From Oculina patagonica (taxonomy: Eukaryota): DNA of 64,000 nucleotides. Shown one piece after another: positions 50,009-61,300 of this stretch (the stretch's first letter is position 1; the number at the start of each line of letters is the position of its first letter). The notes below the pieces were generated by a model that was given only the letters and a program-made list of their open reading frames with translations, was not told the origin of the DNA and did not search any database. Both the position numbers and the translations under genes were made by a program. The stretch covers positions 33,356,001 to 33,420,000 of the forward strand of contig NC_135763.1 in assembly GCF_052425735.1 (NCBI RefSeq). The letters run 5' to 3'.

Positions 50009-50526
50009 AATTAAGTGTTAATGCTATGTTTATAAAGCAGGGAAATCAGAAAAACACTGGATTTTCTCTTTATAGCTGTAGATGTGGTGCTCAATGAAAT
50101 GTGCTGAGCAACCACGAAACTGGTCTTCACTGGTTTCCGGTCGATGGGAGAGGAGATTGGAAACGAGCAATTCGATTCGATACGCTATCAATACGCTATC
50201 GCGAATTTTAGAATGTTTCCGAGTCTTTCCGAATGCCATGAAGAAAGCAAAACGAGACAAAATAACATTATTTTAATACCGATAAGGGTGAACTTTCCAT
50301 GCCTGTTGTTAAACTCGAACACTTAGCTGCTAACAATATGTAAGCTTGGTGTTTCAAGCGATGTGTCAGATTATATTCAAGATCGGCATCGATAATACTT
50401 CGGGAAATACTCGGAAGTTGCTTAGCAAAGACTAACAAGTATGGCGGAAAATTAACGATGTATTCTGCAGACGAACTAACAGAACGAACAAGAGCACAAA
50501 ACAAAGATACGATTCATGACTCAATA
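50009..50526. promoter_or_regulatory. Probable bidirectional promoter for DDX19 and the UBXN10-like gene, with an X-box-like motif
   Basis: Divergent ATGs ~520 bp apart; GTTGCTTAGCAAA at 50417-50429. Confidence 0.55.
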
Positions 50527-51863
50527 ATGGCTAGAACGCCAGTTTCCTCTGGAGCAAGGCGTTTTAGCGAAGGTAAGTGAGCTGCTAAGAAAGAGCTAAA
50601 ATTATTTCTGTAGCCCTACAAGCGTACGATTGTCAACTGCGTGACGACTCAACCTCAGGTGCTTCATTTTATTTTGGCCGATCAACGTCGAAATTCATAT
50701 TAAAGACCAGTTAAGAACTAGTAAACGACAATAAGTAAAAACTGCTGTTCACTTTCAAGATTACATTTTGAACTAGAAATCACTGCAAAATAATCTGGTA
50801 GCCAGATCGATCGATGTGCTTGCTGATAACTGAATATGAGCTTGCAAATCGTTATGAAGCAAAAATTGTAAGCTTTAATAATGTCATCCGTTTCTTAACC
50901 TGATCACGGGGCAGACCACTTACTGACAGTTAAAATTTCTTGCTTCTGGATGTGAGTTGTAAAGTGACGTTTAAACTGATAGTTAATTTCTAAAATATAA
51001 TTGTTTGTCTCTTTCCGATCTTTTTTGTTGTCATGCCAGGAAAATTTGGAGGAAGGCCACAATCACGTCATGGTAAGAGACCAACAAGCAGCAGGTCGCT
51101 AGATAGCCCCTTACCGTCAAGTAATATGACACAGGCACCCCATCCAAGGCCTCATTCAAATCAAAGACTACCTCATGAAGGAAGCAGTCTGTTGCGACGT
51201 CATACAACAGAGGAGCTCATCTCTAATGAAAGGGAATTTCCAGGAAGCAATGCTTCATTTGTTCCTAGACCACCATCGAGGCATTCAACGGGTAAAATGG
51301 ACAGTCGTCCGAAATCAGCCAAGGGGCGTGTACGCCCCAGCTCCCAGGTTGGAAGAGAAAGTAAACTGTCAAGAGAAAACTTGCAGTGTGTTGGGGAGCA
51401 GGTTCCTTTTCCGCCACCTCTGAAACCACAGTCGTCATTTTCAAAGTACAAGCCCCTCCCATCTATTGGTACAGGGCTTGTTGTCGAACCTGACAGTGAA
51501 CCTTCTTCTCATGATTCTCTTGTTAAAAGAACAAATGATAATGATGATGATACTTTGGTAAAAAGGACAGCTGATCTGTCAATACAATATACACTTCCTG
51601 ATGAACCAAAAGATACAGAACCAGAAAGAATACATCTTGCCATCAAACTACTTGATGGATCTCGTCATGAAAGATGGTTTAGACACACGGACACCTTAGG
51701 CATGGTGCTGGCTTTTGCTGAGTCAGTCAGTAAAGATAAACTCCCTCCTTGTCTGTTCTGCACCAATGAGGTGCCCAGACGGGTTTTCAATAATTTTTCT
51801 GTCAGTCTAACACAGGCTGGAATAATCTCAAGAACAGTTCTTTATCTTGAAGACATAGTGTAG
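50527..51863 (+). CDS. UBXN10: UBX domain-containing protein, UBXN10-like (p97/VCP cofactor), 2 exons
   Basis: Exon 50527-50572 (GTAAGT donor) joins 51040-51863 in frame. It contains RPKSAKGRVRP and SSFSKYKPLPSI motifs and a C-terminal UBX domain (LAIKLLDGSRHERWFRHTDTL...EVPRRVF...SLTQAGI...VLYL). Confidence 0.85.
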
Positions 51864-52440
51864 CCCATAATTCCAATACAACCATCGATACGATGTTGGC
51901 TTATAACTTTAGGCATGAGCTCTCTGGTATGAGTACAGGCCTGTTCTTGATGTGCAGCAGCGTCTACTGACTATGCACAAGATTACCCCATCTTCCAGAG
52001 GAATGCCCTCATCCGCTATGATGAGTCCTGCCGTTGGAGTCTATGCTTGTAAGCCTAGATTTTGCATGGTTGGGCAACACTTCTGATGTAGCACCACTAA
52101 ACAGCTAGCAGGCTAGGCTCATACAGACCGTCCCGAAAAAACCTGGAAAGTCCTGGAATTTTAATGTGGGAATTTCCAGGACTGGAAAGCCCTGGAAAAA
52201 GACAACCCACCTGGAAAGTTCTGGAAATCTGTTTAACTCAAGTAACACCAGAATTCACAGAACTAACATTAGAAGAAAAGTATGGCAGACAGTAAGGAGA
52301 AACAATATTGAGATCTTGGGAGTGAATGGGTTAAATGTGAATTTTGGAGTCCTGGGAAAATCAATCTGAGTCCTGAAAAAGTCCTGAAAAATTGTTTGTG
52401 AAAAAGGAGTACGAACCCTGGCTTGGTGTTACACACTACC

Positions 52441-52866
52441 CCCAGGGGGGTACTTGGGATCTCAAGTGATGGAGATGATCGAAGGATTTTTTTGGGTTGG
52501 AAATTTTCGATTCTGGGATTTTTTTGGGTAGGAATATTTGGCAAATATTTTTTGGGTGTCTTGATTTAAGTAAGGAATTTTGGGGGTTATTAAAAACAGT
52601 CTAAAGATTCGTGGTAGTGCCTTGGCCGCATAGTGAAAACATTGAACGTTTTTCTTATGTTTTTCTTTGTGTTATATTTTCAGATCATTCCCCCTTTCTG
52701 AAAAATTTATTGGATCAGAAATTCCGCATGGGATTTTTTGGGGGGTTGAGTTTTGGTCCAGGGATTTTTTTGGGTTTTGCTGGAAGCCCTAGGGATTTTT
52801 TGGGTCTTGATCTTTGCCCCCATTCGATCATCCCCGTTACTTGAAATGCCGAGTACCTCCCCTGGG
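52441..52866. mobile_element. Non-autonomous element with CCCAGGGGGGTAC termini
   Basis: CCCAGGGGGGTAC / GTACCTCCCCTGGG; TSD ACACTACC(C). Confidence 0.8.
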
Positions 52867-54322
52867 ACACTACCCAGGTTGTTCCAGTGCAGAATAACAG
52901 TACTACATATTTTAAATGAAAATGGGTTGGATGTAAAGTAATATATCATTAAATAAATGTAGCTCATTGGACAGATTTATAATAAGTTATACAGATGAGA
53001 GATATTATAATCATACTGAGTGATAGAAAATGTGTGCTTTCAGACCTCTAAATCTATAGTGGTCACATAACTAAGTTATTTATTAAAATTTTACATTGTA
53101 CATATCCCACATACATGAAGATTACATTACTGCAGCAGTAGCAGATCTTGGGGAGGGGCCCAGGCCCCCACCTTATTATTTGGCCAAATAGAGGCCCGAA
53201 TGGCTGAGAAAAATTATTTTCGAGAACAGGCTCCTCCTTATTCCAGGGCCTGGATGATTGGCCCCCCACTTAGCTGAAGGACTTCATCTGCTACTGTGTA
53301 GTGTACATACTCACTTACCGGTAACCTTTTAAATTATTTGAAACAAAATGTAAACTACCGGTATTAATTTATTAGGTTATATGCGACTATGAGTCGTAAC
53401 TTTTTAGGAGAACAAAATAATATGCTCTGACGTAATCACATAATGTTGGTGTTGTGAAATTGTGAAACCTCCCTGGAAATGAATGGGATGAATAGGGAAT
53501 GTTTTTGTGGCCCCTCTGCCCTTGACAGGTTATATGATTTCAAGCAAGTCTTACTTTTTAGAGAACATTGTCCTTCACAGGTTTTTTTAAACTTTTTTTT
53601 TATCAGCCAGGGTTCTGTTTTAAAACCCAAGCAGAACCCCAATACCCAAACATGGGTCAAGTAACCCCTACTCTCCTGAAAAACCCTCCCAACAGCTGCT
53701 TTGTTAACCTGGTCATACTCTCAAATCCAAGGAAAGAAGGAAAGGAACTACTCTGGGTGCCCGAGGATTTTTCTCATGCACAACAGAATAGCTTTGGCGA
53801 TCAAAGGCCATCACCACAAGCGGCAAAACCACGCATGAAAAGCCTTTGGCACCCAGGTTAAAAGGAATATGATACCCCAATATAAAAAAGCCAAATTTCT
53901 GGCAAGCAAAATTAGGTTCTTTGGTGCTCAAATTCAAGGTTTCCTTGACAAAGGTGGTTTGAGAGCCCGAAACAGGTTAACTATTTACTAGGACAAAGTA
54001 ATTTATTAAACATTTTTTTGTAAAATACGTGATCAGATTTGATTGTACATTTAAAAGCAAATCATTAAATATTTAGTTCTGATTGGTTTTAATAGATAAA
54101 ATAGACAATACTCAATAATCTTTATTTAATGTTCGATTATTTAAAATTCTTGTCTTGTCAGAACTGGCATGGTGCTTTGGCACACTCTTTTGTCAGGCAC
54201 TGTTGCAAAGGTGAAAATGGATAATAAACTTTGCAGAGACTTCAGTTCTTTCACCCCTATTCATTAATAATGGCCACAAGCTAAAGTTAAACAGAAAAAG
54301 AAGGGAAGATGTTACAGTAGAC

Positions 54323-54730
54323 CCGGTGGGGGGGAACTCCCTTATTAGGGCTTAACGGGGAAGTGCGGCCCGATAGGGTATGGTTTTCAGGCTTTTCTGT
54401 CTTGAACGGGGTATATATTTCACCCCTTTTTGTCTTAAACGGGGTATCTTTGCCTGGATCTTTGCATGGACCAATGTCAATCAGGATAGGCTTACCCGAT
54501 AGGCTTACCAGAATTTTCACAAATTCTTTCGTATTGCTGACTTATGTTGATTTCGGCATTAATACTTAGCCAGCTGTGAGGTACTTGTTTATGTCTAAGA
54601 TGGGGTATCAAAAATTGGCATAAAAATCAGAAGTTCGTGTCTTAAACAGGGTCAGGGTTTAGGAGGCCGGGCCGCACCTCCCTACCTGAAATTATGTTGA
54701 GTACCCCTCCCCCCACCCCCCCAACCCGAG
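54323..54730. mobile_element. Non-autonomous element with CC(C)GG-polyG termini
   Basis: CCGGTGGGGGGGAACTC ... GAGTACCCC..CCCGAG; flanks CAGTAGAC / CAGCAGAC. Confidence 0.65.
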
Positions 54731-55195
54731 CAGCAGACATCACATCACACCACACATGCAGCTGATCTGGGTGAACTTAAAATGGGGGTACATGTAGGTA
54801 GGCTGATTCTTCTTTTTCCCTCTCCCTTTCAAAAAAGGAACGCCTGATTGCAGGTTACAGATGGTCCAGGTCACGCACTCTCTCCTGTGAACAACCTGAA
54901 CCATCTAAAAGTCAGGCTAGGGCCGAGGGCAAGGGGTAGGAACCTGGAGACGGGCCTGGAGAGGTTTAGACCCCCAAAAAGCAAAAAAAAAAAAAGAAAA
55001 TTTATCACCTCTCGTTCACTTCCTACTTTATAGTAATGAGACCAGCAGCAATACGAAGCTCAATTTTTTTTTTTTCTCAAGTGTTACATTTCGCTTTTTC
55101 TTTTCGTTCTTTTTTTTTTTTCGCGTCTTTTTTGCGCGTTTGTAAATCTGGTCATAAATACAAAATCGCGGCATCCATTTGCTTCATTTACCCTG

Positions 55196-55290
55196 GGGCA
55201 TGTCCGGACACATCCCGGCAGTTGTCCTGACACAAGGAGCGTTTTTATTGGAGGAGCACTTTTCTGACCAATCACGTTGCGTGTTATAAA
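55196..55290 (+). promoter_or_regulatory. Candidate TNFR promoter: p53-type half-site, CCAAT boxes, TATA box
   Basis: GGGCATGTCC 55196-55205, ATTGG ~55247, CCAAT 55268-55272 and TATAAA 55285-55290, the last ~100 bp upstream of the ATG at 55391. Confidence 0.5.
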
Positions 55291-55390
55291 GCGCTGCATG
55301 TAAATTACATCATTCTGTCTTTCGTCCCAGGGTGTCCTTTCACATCTTTTGTATGCATGCGTCCTGCGGATATGTAGTAGCGGCGAAAGG

Positions 55391-58300
55391 ATGCGTTTTT
55401 TCGCTCTTTTTTCGTTTATTCTGGTAAGTACGACTCTCTTTCTTATCTTTACTGTATTTTTTAACGAGAGTATGCAACCGAGTTGTGTTCAAGGTGCTCT
55501 CGAACGAGCGTGATCGAGCTCAATCACATGGCGATCGGTTTGTGGTTGTTCATCAATATGCACACCCACTTGATCGATTACCGCTAATATGCCGATTTGT
55601 TTTACTTTCGGTTCGATTTGTGTGTTGAAATACAAACTCTGGCCAGATTCTTTAGTCTTTAGCTTTATATGAAACCCTGTCGGAATGTGCATATAGCGCC
55701 GACAAATTTTTGCTTCGGAAGGCACATTTTAATCGATGCTCTTCTCCACAGCGTGCGTGTCAAGATGAGAGACGTGAAATGGCACGTCACTGTGTATTAG
55801 AATGTCTTTAAATGTGCATTTTCTTTACCATAAAACTCAAACGAAACATTTTTTGGCTGGTTTTGACGAGGTTTCCTTGTAGCTGCTCAATATGTTATCT
55901 CATCGACAAAGAAGTAATTTATTTGGCTCCCCCTATATGCATTTCCTGTCGCTCAATATTTGTAAACTTTTATACACTTAAATTGAGAAGTTGTAAATTT
56001 AATTTTATTAAACCCAAAAAGTGATTGTAGGTTGTTTTCGTCTGTTACCTAGTATGGAAAGTGCTGTATTTTTAGCTTAACAAACATCAACTGAAGATAT
56101 ATGTCAGGGATCCGTCACAGATGAACAATATTTTTGTTTACATTTAAGGACATTTTTGCTTGTCGTTGCAAATATTATGTCTGTTCTCTGGAGGAATTTG
56201 GAATATTTTTGCCCAAGGACTTAAAATCTGTTTTTGAACCAGGAGTGAATCAATCATCTTGGGTTTATTTGCTCCAGAATTCTTACCAATCAGAGGCCTG
56301 AGAAATAAAACCCACATCAATACCAATTACAAATTTATTGCAGGCTCAGTTTTCTACCTTTTTCTAGTATCGACGTTTCAATTATCATATTTAATTTACA
56401 ATCATACTCAATTATGAATAATTAAAATGTTCTGTAGTGACGGTCCATGCATCCAAACTGGCAGGAGAAGACATTTTCTACCATCAAATAAATGAACCAT
56501 AAATAAAATCAAGTTATAATAAATAGCAGCAAAAGTTCATTCAGTTACAAGTTTAGTTGATGATTTTGAGATTTTGGGGTGACGGTAAAAAGCATTGTTT
56601 GAACACAAAATAGACAGCTGTTTGCACTGAAATACATGTAACTTCAGCGGTAACTAAGACAGGTGGCCTTCTAAACAGGGCTTCCGTTAACATACCGCAC
56701 CATAAAATTCTAAAAATAGCCCCCCTCCCAAATTTAGAAGCAAAACTCGTAGTAAGCCTCCCAAATTAAACCCATACGCTTATATTTAGTTATAGTTCTT
56801 TATGACAGATAGCTATTCCAATTATAACCCCCTGTTGTATTTTACATCTTAATGATATGCTCCAAGAACTGTAATATTCATTTAATGATACAGGACTTTT
56901 TGTGATTAGTTAACTTTGTCTGTGTAACCCTGGTAACAGTAGCCGCACTGTAAGCCACCAAGGCATGAAGTTTTTTTAGCTATCATGCTCATTTCATCTT
57001 CACTTATTACGGCTTTTATATTTTGCAGTGTCTTGGATTAGTCCAAGCTAAAAATTGTACTGTGAATGAGTTTAAGTCGCCGACTGGGTTATGTTGCAAG
57101 TTATGTCCTGCGGGTGAATATATGACAAAAGACTGCACAGGAGATACACAGACAACATGCCAGGCATGTCCAAATGGTGAATTCACAAGTACATCAAATA
57201 ATTTGACTTCTTGTCAAAAGTGTAGAAGTGGGATATTTTGTGGTGGAGGAAGGTTCTTGGTGAGCTGCACACCAACATCAGATGTTGAATGCAAGTGCCC
57301 TGCAAATAAATATTATGACACGCACACTTTACGATGTGGAGAATGCACAGTATGCGGCAGAGGGGAGAGAGTGGTCACACCCTGTCAGACATACAAGGAT
57401 GCCACCTGCAAGGAGTGCCCAAAGGTAAGTCAAAATAATTACTTCAAGTACATGTACACCTGTTTTCAGTGTTACGTGCATAGCGGCTTTCTGTCAACAC
57501 CTATCTATCGACATGCTTAACAAACAACAGGGATCAAAATCCACCAATCACAGCCCACTAACATGATCCTCTGACCTAAGTTGTGGGCTCACTTTCATGA
57601 AACGAACAACAGTATACATCGGTTTTGATTGGCTCATTTCAAACAGCACGTCGAAAGATGTTGTCAAAGACAGAAATTGTAGAAAGATAGCCATGCACAT
57701 AACACTGAAAGTGGATGTAATTCTAACAACAGTGATCCAGTTCGCTTCTCAGTAATTCTTCCTGCAATTCAGTTTGACGCAGTCAAACCTTTCTTATGAA
57801 ACATATTCATCTCATCCAGACACCTCTTAATTATGGATGGTTCACTTCGTCCAAAGGAAAACATGCATACCTCGTAATATGAACACCCCTGGGTTTCATT
57901 AATTTTTAAAGTAGGAAGGCACCAAAATGAGAGTAGGCAGGCAGAAAGAACATTTGAAATGAACTTTCTTTATGTTCGATATGAATCAAAGTAACCAGTT
58001 ACTGACTCTTGAGTGTCCTGGTACTGGCACCCAGGTCCTGCCTTCTAATGACGACCCTGTAAACTTCTAATTTCATTGATATTTTTGTCTTCTTAAATAA
58101 TGTTGAATGGGCTCTTGTTGGTCAATGCAAAGGATTTGCTTTTATCATGAGTAATCCCTTGCCAAGGAATCTCTTATTTTTGTATAAAAGCCATGATCAT
58201 ATGCTCATGGTATTTAATTCATATTTGCTTTTTTCCTTTAATTCTTCCAGGGTACATATTTAGATTCCGCGAGCAACAAATGTGAATTGTGCAGCTACTG

Positions 58301-61300
58301 CCACAAGGGGGAGGTAGTGGAGGAGGAATGTGCCATTTGGGCAGACACTGTCTGTAGGAGAGAGAAAACTCAAGTTATTTGTCCATCACAAAAAGCAGAT
58401 CCTCCAATGCCAAGTACTCCTACAAATTTGACGCCTAAACTGCCAACTTCTGTATTGCCAAAAACTAGATCCAGATCACAGAAAGGTACTTGAACATTCA
58501 AATTTGTAGTTTGATATAACTCTTTTTAGGCTAAAGTGGCCATGTTTTGGACAAGGCTGAGAAGTTAAATTCTGTTTAAAAGATTTCTGTTTTCTTGACT
58601 TGGTCAGATTTATTTGTATATAGTGGGGGGTGGGTTGATACCTTATAACGACAACTATCATGTTACATTAAACAGCGAATTATTGCACCAACTGATGAGC
58701 AGACTTTTTCAGGCAAAGTTTTATAATTCTCCCTATAATTTTATTTTCATGTACGATGCTTTGTATAAAAACAATGCTGCCTGTACATTTGTTACAGTTT
58801 CATGGAGATTTGTATACCGTAATTTCCGGCCGTTTACCCGCACAGCAGATTACCCGCACCGGTCGATTTTTGCCAAAATGAGAAAAAAGATTCAGCAGAT
58901 TACCCGCACTGACAGATAACCCGCACCCAAAAACAAAAAGAAAGTTATGCTAAATAGTTCGAGAACTCACAAATTTGAATTGATAGAGCGATTTGTAAGC
59001 CTTTCATGCTCGTGTCCACGTGGAATAAGATAAAAGTTTCTGCTATTTGGCCACAAATCGGGCAGTTAAAAGCATTCTTCTCAGCCATTACTTTCTTAAG
59101 TTTGATTTTACAAGTAAAATATCCAATGTATTAATGTTTAAGACTTAACAGAATGCGAATCGTTCGTTGTTGGAGCAATCGATCGTCGAGCGCCATTTTT
59201 GTTTGTCCTCGTTACGTTGAGAGAAAGCTGGGACGATTCGGTTCGCAATTTTCTCAAAAAAAACAAGATCTCGGGATCTACTTTTATATTAAGGTCATTG
59301 CCCTGAAATAGAACTGAACACAATTTTTTTACCAAACTTCGCCTACTGGTTTATTACTTTAAAGGAACTTAAATTTTGAAATAAAAAAGGGGGTCACCAG
59401 ATTCGTTTAGGAGCAGGAAGACCTTGTATATTCCATATAATTCCTTTAAAATTCCTCTGCGAGTACCAGCAAATTACACGTTTTTAGCGATAATTTATTT
59501 TTCAAATACAAGAATTGATCTGTTTTCATTTTACAGAAAGAATTTGATCGCTACACCCAAAATATGAGAAAAAATTGATAGGTCACCAGACTCGTTTACG
59601 AGAAAGCGACAATTTACTTCTCTCGCGGACTAAGCCACATAGAAAAAAGCCGCCATTTTGTTTATGTGCGCGCGCTCGCGCGCGCTTATTACGCGTAAAA
59701 TTCTGCGCAGTAAGGATGCGCAATGCAATACAGGGCAATGACCTTAAGGCAGTGCTAACTGTAAAGTTTTCACTGATGCGTCGAGTATTTTTGTAACATT
59801 TCTACACTTGCCAATGTTTTGTTTACATGCGTGCCGACAAATATATTTTTCATCAGGTTCCACTAATTATGTGCCGCCGCCGTGAATTCAACAGATCACT
59901 GAGATGTTTATTAATCTCAGGTTCTACTAGGTCTAAGAAATTGCTTGAAATGGGAAATTACTATATAACTCAAGGCAGCCCTAGCTAGGAATATTCCACT
60001 GATGTATCGAGTATTCTCGCATTTTTTATCACAGCACATGCCGATAAACGTCGTCATCATGTTTCAGTTTTGTTGTGATTTCCATAAAGCAGAAATGCGT
60101 TTATAGGTGTGAATTTTTTAAACAGAAAATGTAAAATTAACAAGGTAAGGAAATTATCGAAGCACACACACCAAGGGAAAAAATTGTATGGAATGTTTTC
60201 ATATGTTTTGATCCAACTTGCATTGGCTTTAACTTTAATCAAGCAACATTGAGAATTCTAAAACAAATAAAGCACGATACAAGAATCGATAGGAAGTGTT
60301 TCTCAATTAAACAAACAAGTTATTATAACATAGGTCTGTGGCAAGCGTATATTTGATGACTCTTATCTCTTTTTTATCTTCTGTCAGTACTGTAATTGTT
60401 GTTTAATACTTACTGGAAGATTAAAAAATTATCAGATAACCCGCACCACCCTATTACCCGCACCAACGTTTATTTACTGAAAAATTAACGTATTACCCGC
60501 GGGTAATCTGCCAGAAATTACGGTAACTTTTGTTATTTTCAAGTTATGATTGTTAAAAATGAAAAATAATTTATATACAGTGGACAAGGCTAAAAAATGA
60601 AAATACTATTTATAAGAACGCAACGTTTTTGATGTGTTGTCATTATGAGTGTTATAAAGTTGTCAGAACCGCTGAATATGATGACGACAACACTTGTCAT
60701 GTTGAACATGTTTTGTTCTTAATAGTAATTGGTTATTCATTTGTTACTAGAAATGAATACTTTTATATGAAATATTTTCTTCTGTTGTATTTTGCTCACA
60801 TACAGACTCCCAATCAAGTACTTTAAAGCTGATTTCCATTCCATACTGCGCAGATTCGGGATTTGTTTTCGCTTTTGTTTTGAATTTGTTAAAACATTAC
60901 ACTTCGGTAATAGCAAACATGAAGTTTCATGAAGTTTCGTTCAAGAATTCCTGATGAGATGAAACATGAGTTTGAAATAGCATTGAGGTTTTTCTACTCA
61001 TTATTATTGTTTTGCAAGGATATCTGGCGTTAATATTGAAGAAAAAAGATATTTTGTCACAGAATTTTTATCTTTGCTGGCAATCATTCCTTCGTGTGAT
61101 ACTCACATAAACATTGCAGCAGAGATTGCACAGTACGGACTGGAATTCATCTTTAAGCCATTCCAGTAACCAGATTTTTTGTTTTCTTTTTCAGATGATA
61201 CAAGCCTGCCATCAGATTGGAACGAAAGAAGAATATTCAGTGACACTGTGACATGGGTTTTTTTAGGCCTCAATTTTGTGTTCATTTTTGTGATATTCTT

